From Candidatus Limnocylindrales bacterium (lineage in GTDB: Bacteria; Moduliflexota; Moduliflexia; Moduliflexales; JAUQPW01), in NCBI GenBank assembly GCA_035559535.1, contig DATMBG010000058.1, positions 1 to 64,000 on the forward strand: a stretch of DNA of 64,000 bases. The letters are read 5' to 3'. Under the pieces are notes generated by a model. That model was not told the origin of the DNA. It saw only the letters and a program-made list of their open reading frames with translations, and ran no database searches. Shown here piece after piece: positions 51,023 to 59,358 of this stretch. The first letter of the stretch is position 1. Every line of letters begins with the position of its first letter. Position numbers and translations under genes: made by a program.

Positions 51023-54000
51023 ATGGTTGTACCGAAATTTTTATCCTTAGGGGGCAGCTTTTATCGGTTAATAAGAAAATATGATAAGGCTGCCGATTTG
51101 TATGAAACCCTCCTGAAAAAATATCCCCATCAGCCGGATCTATATCCAGTTATTGCCGATACCTATCTGAAAGTCAATAAATCCGGAGCCAAATTTATGC
51201 CTGTTTTTGAAAAGGCCCTCTTTCTGAACCCCCGTAACCCAGAAATTGCCCTTCTGGTTGCTAATTTTTATCTACGCAAAGGGGCTACCGATGATAAAGC
51301 CCTGTCCATTTATGAAAATGCCCTGCAATTTGCCCCGGAGAATATTCAACTCCTCCGGACCCTGGCCACCCTCTATTTAAAGAAAAAAAACCATCCCAAA
51401 GCCATTGAAATGCACGAGCGCCTCCTTAAACTCGGCCAGGCCGATGCCCAGGTGTACCGAAACCTTGCCAAAGTTTATATTCAAGAGAAACGTACCGATG
51501 AAAAAGCTGTGGAGGTTTATCGGAAAAGTTTGGATCTTGAACCGGGAAATCGTTCCCTTAACCTGATCCTGAGTCAGATTTACTTGAAAAATAAACGGGT
51601 CGATGAGGAAGCCCTTCCGGTTTATGAAAAGGCGTTGGAATTTATCCCGGAAGACCTCAAACTTCGGGAAATGCTCTGCCAGGCCTATCTGCAAAAAGGT
51701 GACCTGGAGAAAGTAAGATATACTGCCAATACCTGGCTATCAAGCCCTAATTTTGTCTATACCACCGAATCAGTGGGACTCCTCTCAGCTTTTATCGAAG
51801 CCAGTCTTCAGTTGGGTACTTATAATGAACTGGTTCTCTTCCTAACCCGGTTGCTCAAGATCCATCCCAATGATAAATACCTGTTGGAGCGACTCTCTCG
51901 GGTCTATCAACAGATGCAGTGTCTGGACAAAAACGCCCTGGAGGTTTATGAAAAAGCTTTAAAGATTCAGCCTACCAATCTGGACCTTCACAAGATCCTG
52001 GCTCAAGCTTATCTACAAAATGAAAAAATCGGTGAATGCATGAATGAGTTCAAGATCATTCTTCAACTGGATCCAGACTCCCTGGAAGAAGTCCTGGAAG
52101 GATATAAAAAGATTCTCACCAGATTCCCAAATAACGCCCAGGCCCACACAGAGATAGGGAATCTTTATTTGAGAAAGAAAATGATTCCAGAAGCTCTGGA
52201 TAGCTATCGAAAATGTGCAGCGTTAAGTTCCGAACTCATCGATGAGATTATCAAAGAACTGCAAAACTTCCTGGCCACTAATCCCAACGACAACCATTTA
52301 ACAGAAATTTACTGGGAGATCGGTCAGTTATATCTGAAAAAGGGTCATATCCTCAATACCTTAACCTACTTTAAGAGGGTATCCGAACTGGAACCCGAGT
52401 ACATCGACCAGATGTTGACGGTCCTCGAGGAGGTTTTAAAAGAACGACCCGAAAGTCCTGAATTTGTTACAACCCATGCCTTCTTGACGAATTTATATTT
52501 CCAAAAGCAGGCTTACCGGCAGGCGAGGGATCATATCGAAATTGTCTCCAAATATGCCCCTCAAGCCCCAGGAGTGACCAACTGGTTATTTAAGATTTAT
52601 GAGTGTTTATTAAACGAAAATAAAGACGACCATGAGACCCGATTTAAATTGGCTGTCCTTTATCAAAAACAGGGGAAGTTAGAGGAAGCTATTAAAAATT
52701 TACAGATTACTTCCCGGGAACCCGGTCTGGAACAGGCTTCTAAAAAATTATTGGAACAATGTCTGGAAGAAAGAGCCCTCGGATTCACGCCGGTCTTACT
52801 TGCCATGGAATTTTTCAAACAAAGTGGGTTCGAAGTAATCCGGGAATCTGAAGAAGAGCTCTCCATTTCTTCTAACCTACCCCGGTATGAAAAGTTTGGA
52901 AACATTCTCGTCCAAATTCTGGTGACCAAACCTCTCCACAGTTCTGAGATTCGAGGCGTCTTCGAAAAAGCCATGAAAAAATATCAGGGGAAAGTGGAGG
53001 GAAAAATTGCCTTTGTCATTGTTTCTACCCCTCCAGAGAGTGGGGTTTATCATCAGATTTATACCTATAAATCCGAAAACGGATTTACCGTGATTCCTCT
53101 CAGCGATGTTCTCTTAAAAAAATCCATTATCGATTCGGTTTGTGCCCAGGAACTTGAAAAAAATATCAGTCTGTTTACCGGCCAGGGAGATCTCTACAGT
53201 AATAACTCCCCCATTGTCGACCCTTTAAACTTCTTCGGTCGGGAACGTATTATCGATGAGCTTCTCGATTACATCAATAACCTTCAACATGTGGGTTTGT
53301 TTGGAATGAGGAAGATAGGAAAAACCTCTTTAATCTGGCAGCTTAAAGAGCGGCTGTCTAAACACCTGGTGGCCTATGTGGATCTCCAGGAAGTGCCTAA
53401 AGACTGCAATTTCCTTTATAAGAAGCTCGTTCAAGAATTAGCCCGCGATTTTAAATTTAAATTTCCGCATATCGAATTACCGGAACTGGAACTTATGGAA
53501 TCCGACCTTACCCGGGGAGATGCCAAAGTGGATTTCAGTTCTGATCTGTTAACCCTGAACGATTACCTGCGGGAAAAATACGGCAATACCAAAATCGTTC
53601 TGATGCTGGATGAGATCGAGCAACTTATTCCAAGTTCCCTGGAAGAGGAAGGATTTGTGGGTTTTAATGAATTTCTGGGTGCTATTCGAGGTATTTCGCA
53701 AAGATATCGTTTTTTAGTTTCCATCGTGGGGGGGGTAAATCCTAAAATTTCAAGGACCGATCGCTGGGGAACTCAAGATAATCCCATGTTTCAGTTTTAT
53801 AAGGAAGTTTTTCTCCCCTTTTTCAATGAAAAAGATTGTAGTCGGATGATTGTGAATATCGGAGAGCAATTGGGTCTTGCTTATTCGGAGGAGAGCCTGA
53901 GTCGAATTTATCAGGAAACAGGGGGTCATCCTTTCATTACCCGGCAGGTTTGCAGTCTAATCCTGGGAAAAGTAACCCATAGACCTTGCCAAATCCAGGT

Positions 54001-54307
54001 TGACCAGGTGGAAGAAGCCGTCTCTTACTACATTGAGAATCGCACAGACTATCTGGAAAGTATCTGGCAACGGCTTTCACGCATAGAGCAGGAGTGCGTG
54101 ATCAAAATTGCCAAACAGGGTTCTTGCTCACAAGAGGAGCTGGTTCCTTCTAAACTCCCGGCAGACAGGAAAAAAGCTCTTCGTAAGGGTATTGTAAATC
54201 TCACAGAAAATTCGCTCATAAAGAAAAGTGAAAACAGATATACCCTCACAGCCGAATTATTCAGAAAATGGGTTCTTATGAGCCAGCTCAGCTTACCTGC
54301 CTCGTGA
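51023..54307 (+). CDS. TPR-repeat protein with C-terminal STAND-class P-loop NTPase
   Basis: About 590 aa of TPRs, then FFGRE, Walker A GMRKIGKTS, Walker B LMLDEIE, TGGHPF and a winged-helix-like end. Confidence 0.87.
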   Translation: MVVPKFLSLGGSFYRLIRKYDKAADLYETLLKKYPHQPDLYPVIADTYLKVNKSGAKFMPVFEKALFLNPRNPEIALLVANFYLRKGATDDKALSIYENALQFAPENIQLLRTLATLYLKKKNHPKAIEMHERLLKLGQADAQVYRNLAKVYIQEKRTDEKAVEVYRKSLDLEPGNRSLNLILSQIYLKNKRVDEEALPVYEKALEFIPEDLKLREMLCQAYLQKGDLEKVRYTANTWLSSPNFVYTTESVGLLSAFIEASLQLGTYNELVLFLTRLLKIHPNDKYLLERLSRVYQQMQCLDKNALEVYEKALKIQPTNLDLHKILAQAYLQNEKIGECMNEFKIILQLDPDSLEEVLEGYKKILTRFPNNAQAHTEIGNLYLRKKMIPEALDSYRKCAALSSELIDEIIKELQNFLATNPNDNHLTEIYWEIGQLYLKKGHILNTLTYFKRVSELEPEYIDQMLTVLEEVLKERPESPEFVTTHAFLTNLYFQKQAYRQARDHIEIVSKYAPQAPGVTNWLFKIYECLLNENKDDHETRFKLAVLYQKQGKLEEAIKNLQITSREPGLEQASKKLLEQCLEERALGFTPVLLAMEFFKQSGFEVIRESEEELSISSNLPRYEKFGNILVQILVTKPLHSSEIRGVFEKAMKKYQGKVEGKIAFVIVSTPPESGVYHQIYTYKSENGFTVIPLSDVLLKKSIIDSVCAQELEKNISLFTGQGDLYSNNSPIVDPLNFFGRERIIDELLDYINNLQHVGLFGMRKIGKTSLIWQLKERLSKHLVAYVDLQEVPKDCNFLYKKLVQELARDFKFKFPHIELPELELMESDLTRGDAKVDFSSDLLTLNDYLREKYGNTKIVLMLDEIEQLIPSSLEEEGFVGFNEFLGAIRGISQRYRFLVSIVGGVNPKISRTDRWGTQDNPMFQFYKEVFLPFFNEKDCSRMIVNIGEQLGLAYSEESLSRIYQETGGHPFITRQVCSLILGKVTHRPCQIQVDQVEEAVSYYIENRTDYLESIWQRLSRIEQECVIKIAKQGSCSQEELVPSKLPADRKKALRKGIVNLTENSLIKKSENRYTLTAELFRKWVLMSQLSLPAS

Positions 54308-54321
54308 GGAAAACCAGAGTA

Positions 54322-54515
54322 TGGAGACGCGGGGATGCGGGGACGCGGAGATATGGAGAAATGATATATAACAGCTCAGTAGATCTAGTCGTGCAGAAAA
54401 ATTCCCTCGAAGATACAAACAGAGAGTTACTTTTTCTAACTGCACATCTCCGCGTCTCTGTGTCCCTGCATCTTCCCATCCCTACATCTCCGCGTCCCCG
54501 CATCCCCGCGTCTCT
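54322..54515. repeat. Octamer-repeat inverted element (GGAGACGC / GCGTCTCC family)
   Basis: ggagacgc ggggatgc ggggacgc ggagatat on the left, ccgcgtcc ccgcatcc ccgcgtct on the right; between convergent genes. Confidence 0.85.
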
Positions 54516-54518
54516 AAA

Positions 54519-55913
54519 TTACTTAAAATCTTCAGGATTAATTCCGTATTTATTTAACTTATCGTAGAAATTCTGACGATAAATCCCGGTCTCCAGAGCC
54601 GCATTGGTTACATTCCCTTTATTGCGTTGGAGAGCGTGGATGATAAACTCCCGTTCGAACCGTTCTTTAGCCTCTTTGTAGTTGAGAATACCCGAAGTAG
54701 AAAGAGGGGGTGGCTTGGGAACCTCCCTTAACGGTGCGGGAAGATCCTTGATCTCTAAAACAGGTCCTTCACTTAATAGAACCATTCGCTCGATAACATT
54801 TTCCAGTTCTCGAACGTTTCCAGGCCAGGAGTAGGCTTTGAGAGCCTCTAAAACATCGGGGGAAATTTTTCGAATCCGCTGTTGGGGATCCAGTTTATTT
54901 AAAAAATGTTTGACCAGCAGGGGGATATCCTCTTTTCGCTCCCGAAGTGGCGGAATAACCATATTGATCACATTCAGTCGATAATAAAGGTCCTCCCGGA
55001 ATTGTCCTTTTTTAACCAGTTCAGCCAGATCCACATTGGTTGCAGCAATGACTCGAACATCGATGGGAATAACCTGAGTCCCTCCTATTCGGATGATTTC
55101 CTTCTCCTGGAGTACCCTTAGCAGTTTACTCTGAAGAGAGGGGCTCATTTCACCGATTTCATCCAGGAAGAGGGTTCCGGTATGGGCCGCTTCAAAGAAA
55201 CCTTTTTTCTGGTGGTGGGCCCCTGTAAAGGCTCCTTTTTCATAGCCGAAGAATTCGCTCTCCAGAAGATTAGCCGGAATGGCGCTGCAATTGACTCCTA
55301 CAAAGGGACGTCCCTTCCGCTCGCTATAAGCATGTAAGGCCCTTGCGATTAATTCCTTACCGGTCCCGCTCTCCCCTTGAATGAGTACCGTAGCCGTACT
55401 GTTGGCAACCTTATGGACCATTTCATAAATCTTCTCCATTTGAGGAGAGATTCCTACCATGTTTTCAAGGTGATACTTCTCTTCCACCTGCTGACGAAGG
55501 TTTCGATTTTCCTGAAGTAGCCAGCGATATTCCAGTGCCCGATTGACATATAAACGAATCTCCTCGGCTTCAAAGGGTTTGAGTACATAATCATAGGCCC
55601 CTATCTTCATGGCCTGAACCGCAGATTCTACCGTACCATAGGCGGTCATCATGATAACTATCAGTTCTGGCGAAAGATCCCGGATAACCTTCAATACTTC
55701 TATTCCATCCATGCCCGGCATTTTGTAATCCAACAAAACCACATCATACTCATTGGATCGAACCTTCTCAATGGCGCAGGGCCCTGTATAACAAACTTCC
55801 ACAATACCACCGATTTTATTTAGAGCTGAGGATATAGCCCGGCACATATTTTTCTCGTCGTCTACTACGAGAATTTTTGGCCGGGGTATAATTTTGGGTG
55901 GGTCCAGAGTCAT
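54519..55913 (-). CDS. Sigma-54-dependent response regulator (NtrC/AtoC family)
   Basis: Receiver; GESGTGKE; GAFTGA; LFLDEIGE; FREDLYYRLNV; WPGNVRELEN; Fis HTH. Confidence 0.96.
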   Translation of the reverse strand: MTLDPPKIIPRPKILVVDDEKNMCRAISSALNKIGGIVEVCYTGPCAIEKVRSNEYDVVLLDYKMPGMDGIEVLKVIRDLSPELIVIMMTAYGTVESAVQAMKIGAYDYVLKPFEAEEIRLYVNRALEYRWLLQENRNLRQQVEEKYHLENMVGISPQMEKIYEMVHKVANSTATVLIQGESGTGKELIARALHAYSERKGRPFVGVNCSAIPANLLESEFFGYEKGAFTGAHHQKKGFFEAAHTGTLFLDEIGEMSPSLQSKLLRVLQEKEIIRIGGTQVIPIDVRVIAATNVDLAELVKKGQFREDLYYRLNVINMVIPPLRERKEDIPLLVKHFLNKLDPQQRIRKISPDVLEALKAYSWPGNVRELENVIERMVLLSEGPVLEIKDLPAPLREVPKPPPLSTSGILNYKEAKERFEREFIIHALQRNKGNVTNAALETGIYRQNFYDKLNKYGINPEDFK

Positions 55914-56428
55914 AATTCAATATTTCTTATCTAGGTCGGAATTAAATCTAAAAAGCGTGGATCCCAGGATCTTCCCCGGGGATCCCTACTACTCTGATTA
56001 TCAGACTTTATTTTAAAACAAAAGGTATATAAAGGATCCCACAGGTTTCTCCGGTTCTGGCATCAACCCGGTGAAACGGAAAGCCTCTCCAGATAACCTT
56101 TTGACAATCCTATGAACTCTGGCTTCCGGAACCCCTTTACCTTATTCTATCGACTTTGTTCGCCTCCAGAGCCGAAATTAACCTCGTAGGACTTCCACAA
56201 CTCGTTAAAAAAGAGCATAAAAACTACTCCCGTGAACAGAACCACGGGGTTCTCCATACAGAGTAAGGGTTGTCTTCCCCTCTACCCCATTATTCATTCT
56301 CTGGGATCTCCTTGATTTTTTAAATAAAACTTATCATCCAATTCTATATGTAAAAATATTACCTTTCTTCAGATCAAGCAGTAATTTTTGTTCTAACAGT
56401 TGAAAAATCAAAGAGATTACCTGGATAC

Positions 56429-56719
56429 CTATTTATCTCTGGATAGGGGAAAAAACAAATAAGACTGTAATAATTGATAGGTTTCTGGAAATTCTTCGTC
56501 TGTAAACACTCTGAATACTTCCTCATAGGCTTTAATGGCCTTTTCCAGATTCTCAAACTCATCTTCTACCCGGGAGAGCGTAATATAAGCGTTTCCGAGA
56601 TTGTTTTGGATAATACCATACTGAACCGGGAAACGATCCGGGGTGTAAACTTTAAGAGCTTCCTCACAGAGGGCAATGAGATTTTTACAATTTTCAATGA
56701 GGGCTTTCATGTCCTTCAT
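56429..56719 (-). CDS. Small stand-alone TPR protein
   Basis: ALKVYTPDRFPVQYGIIQNNLGNAY...NLEKAIKAYEE TPR type; SD aaggaag; candidate sigma-54 promoter upstream. Confidence 0.65.
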   Translation of the reverse strand: MKDMKALIENCKNLIALCEEALKVYTPDRFPVQYGIIQNNLGNAYITLSRVEDEFENLEKAIKAYEEVFRVFTDEEFPETYQLLQSYLFFPLSRDK

Positions 56720-56852
56720 TTTCTTCTTCCTTTTTAAGGTAAAGTCGCAAAGGATCCAGGAAACCATCCCATTCAGATATCTTGGAATCTTCCTGTTCCT
56801 GGGATTAAACAGCTACAGCATGTTCCTCTTCGTCTCTCTCCTAAACCAAGGG

Positions 56853-56868
56853 TACAAACCTTGTGCCA
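56853..56868 (-). promoter_or_regulatory. sigma-54 promoter candidate
   Basis: TGGCACAAGGTTTGTA. Confidence 0.65.
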
Positions 56869-57048
56869 GGATTAAGGAAGAGTTCTTCGGTGGGTAGATT
56901 AAAAACAACTATTTAATTTTTCTATAATTACAGAAAAACGCCCCTGGTATGGGAAGGATTATAGAAAAAAACCGTCATGAAAAGGTGACATTATAAAAAG
57001 AGTTAGATTCTCCCGGGGTTAAATATGATTTAAGTTCAGGTTTTCCCT

Positions 57049-57066
57049 TGTCATTAAACCATGACA
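57049..57066. promoter_or_regulatory. Palindromic enhancer (UAS) candidate TGTCAT-N6-ATGACA
   Basis: tgtcattaaaccatgaca, identical to 58668-58685; variant at 56973-56990. Confidence 0.7.
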
Positions 57067-57174
57067 ACCAAAACTGAGAATCCAATCTCAATAAGATCAG
57101 GGTCTCTTCATTTGCCTTTGCGCTACCCTGGGATCGAAAGTCAATCCTCCCTTCTAAAGGGTCCATGGGATAAT

Positions 57175-58251
57175 TTATTTTGTAGGGGAATAAGTCGGCC
57201 AGTTTCCATCGAAGGCTTCGACTAAACTTTGCAAAACAACCAGGGTGGTATGTAAGTAAAGATGTTGATCCACCAGGTTACCTATTTCCGCTCTGATATC
57301 TTCGTAATGGCCCCACGTCCCGTTGTTATTTTGAGATTGTAAAAGATAAAGAATGGCAGGTTGGTAAATAGCCTCATCCTGCATTCCTAGATAAGTAAGG
57401 CAGGAAATCAGTTCTGCGCCTAAATCTACGTCCCCTTCCGCCAGAGAGCGATCCAGAAGGGGAATAAGAGTTTTTCGCAAATACTCCCGGTCCTCTGGAT
57501 TAAATCCGGAAGAAATTTTACGGTGTCCATACTCATAAGCATTAAAAACTTCATGGGTTAAGTCATAAGCCAGATCCTTATTATATTGAGAGAGGGGCAA
57601 CCGACTGGCAATCACTCCCTTCACTTGGGACTCTTGTTGGAGAATAGGCGGTTTAGGTAATGAAAAGTAATCATAATAAAAGGCAAAAACTTTACGCTGC
57701 CATGCCCCCCGCTCTTTCATGTGGGCATTTAACTCGGGAAGGATGGCCTGTATTTGTCTCCGATAATCCCCGGTAGGCAGAGAGAACTGATCCATCAAAT
57801 AGCAGATCCTTAAATAGGACGTTGAGTCCTGATTGAATTCAGTGAGAGGGATATACTTTAGGTTATGATATTCGGGCCGAGCTGTGACGGCCACCAGGTC
57901 TTTGACACGATGGAGAATGTTGGTTCGATCTTCAGGATTTGAAGTATATTCATAGAGGGTCAGATAGGCATCCAGGATCTCAGCTAATTTCTTTTTGCCT
58001 TTAATACCCTGTTGTCGAAGTTTTATAGGATCTACTTCCAGGGCATCGAGCCATTTACGCGCCTGGGCTCTGGCGTTTTCGTATGTTCTGCGTAAAGTGG
58101 GATTTATCCATGAAGGGGAAGAGGCAACATCAACGGTTTTCGTAGCAAGGGTATCTAATCCCTCCGCACCGGCAGGATTAGCCTGTAAATAACCGATGAA
58201 AATAACCACCAGAATCCAACGATAAAAACTAAAGCGGTAGAAAACCATCAT
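57175..58251 (-). CDS. Exported alpha-helical hypothetical protein (DUF6895/alpha-alpha toroid-like)
   Basis: Signal peptide; YDLTHEVF, DLGAEL, QNNNGTWG, HTTLV motifs. Confidence 0.55.
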   Translation of the reverse strand: MMVFYRFSFYRWILVVIFIGYLQANPAGAEGLDTLATKTVDVASSPSWINPTLRRTYENARAQARKWLDALEVDPIKLRQQGIKGKKKLAEILDAYLTLYEYTSNPEDRTNILHRVKDLVAVTARPEYHNLKYIPLTEFNQDSTSYLRICYLMDQFSLPTGDYRRQIQAILPELNAHMKERGAWQRKVFAFYYDYFSLPKPPILQQESQVKGVIASRLPLSQYNKDLAYDLTHEVFNAYEYGHRKISSGFNPEDREYLRKTLIPLLDRSLAEGDVDLGAELISCLTYLGMQDEAIYQPAILYLLQSQNNNGTWGHYEDIRAEIGNLVDQHLYLHTTLVVLQSLVEAFDGNWPTYSPTK

Positions 58252-58262
58252 TTCCGGTCATT

Positions 58263-58484
58263 TTAATGGATCTGCTCTTCGGAAGATGAGGTAGAAGTTG
58301 GGGTAGAAGGTTTTGAAAGGGGCTTTGGTTCGGATTCCTCTGTCTCCAAAGTATGAAGGGCTTTTTTAAAATTATGAATCGCCCGACCTAAGGAGCCCCC
58401 TAACTCAGGTAGTTTACCCGGACCGAAAATAATAAGGGCTATGAGCAAAATAACCATCAATTCCGGAGTTCCAATACCAAACAT
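58263..58484 (-). CDS. tatA: Twin-arginine translocase subunit TatA/E
   Basis: [39 protein letters not shown]. Confidence 0.95.
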   Translation of the reverse strand: MFGIGTPELMVILLIALIIFGPGKLPELGGSLGRAIHNFKKALHTLETEESEPKPLSKPSTPTSTSSSEEQIH

Positions 58485-58565
58485 ACTATCTCCTTTCTTG
58501 ATTTTTGAGTAATTTACCAGGCGGTAAGCCGGATAAAGAAGAAATAAATTCTCTTTTATTTTAAG

Positions 58566-58581
58566 TACAAATTATGTGCCA
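58566..58581 (-). promoter_or_regulatory. sigma-54 promoter candidate for tatA
   Basis: TGGCACATAATTTGTA. Confidence 0.65.
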
Positions 58582-58667
58582 GGAAACCGTTTGCTGCTTT
58601 TCTATTCTGAAAAGAAGGTTACACTGGTATTCTTATGATATCTTATTAAGCCTTCTTGAAATCTTTT

Positions 58668-58685
58668 TGTCATTAAACCATGACA
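58668..58685. promoter_or_regulatory. Palindromic enhancer (UAS) candidate TGTCAT-N6-ATGACA
   Basis: tgtcattaaaccatgaca; variant gatcatgtttccatgaca at 58764-58781. Confidence 0.7.
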
Positions 58686-58874
58686 GATTAACATAAGAAT
58701 AAGACAGTTGCTATTTTTTATCCCGCAGGTTAAATCCCAGGGAAACATCTTCTTTTTAGAAAAGATCATGTTTCCATGACAATCTAAAACCGGCCTTCTA
58801 TCTGGAGAATAATTCAAAAAGTTCCGGTTCTTTTGGATCAGCTTTTTAAGCATAGGTTCTTTTATTTTAGAAAT

Positions 58875-58890
58875 TGGCATTATCTTTGTA
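58875..58890 (+). promoter_or_regulatory. sigma-54 promoter candidate
   Basis: TGGCATTATCTTTGTA, divergent from the tatA promoter. Confidence 0.55.
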
Positions 58891-59358
58891 CTTGAATAAA
58901 GATATATTCAACAAGGCATGGTTCAGGTCTCCTGGAGTTAATTTTGGATTCATAATAATAAGAACCATGCCTGAAACCCTCCTTTTATCTTATCTACTCT
59001 TACAGTTATAGATTCATCAGGATCCCCAAAGGGGGAAGCTTTCATGGGCAAGTTTTTTTCTAACCTAACCTCCTTCCCACGTCAGGAAGGGGGAACTCAG
59101 GGACCTGGGCGGTCCTCAAATTTTCCCGGTCAGAAAGGGAGTTAAGGAACCGGGTGAATAAAAAAGATACCCCTGAAGGGTTGAAGATCAAGACCCGGTA
59201 TAAGATTTCCCCTTGCGTTTGGAAATTCATCAAGATAACATGATAAACAAAGGCAGAAAACCGGAAGCCTGGTATAGGGTCGGCTCTTGGGCTTATAATT
59301 TTATTGCTGGTCATAAGACTATCATAAGACTAAAATAAAAAAGGATTTATTTTTACCG

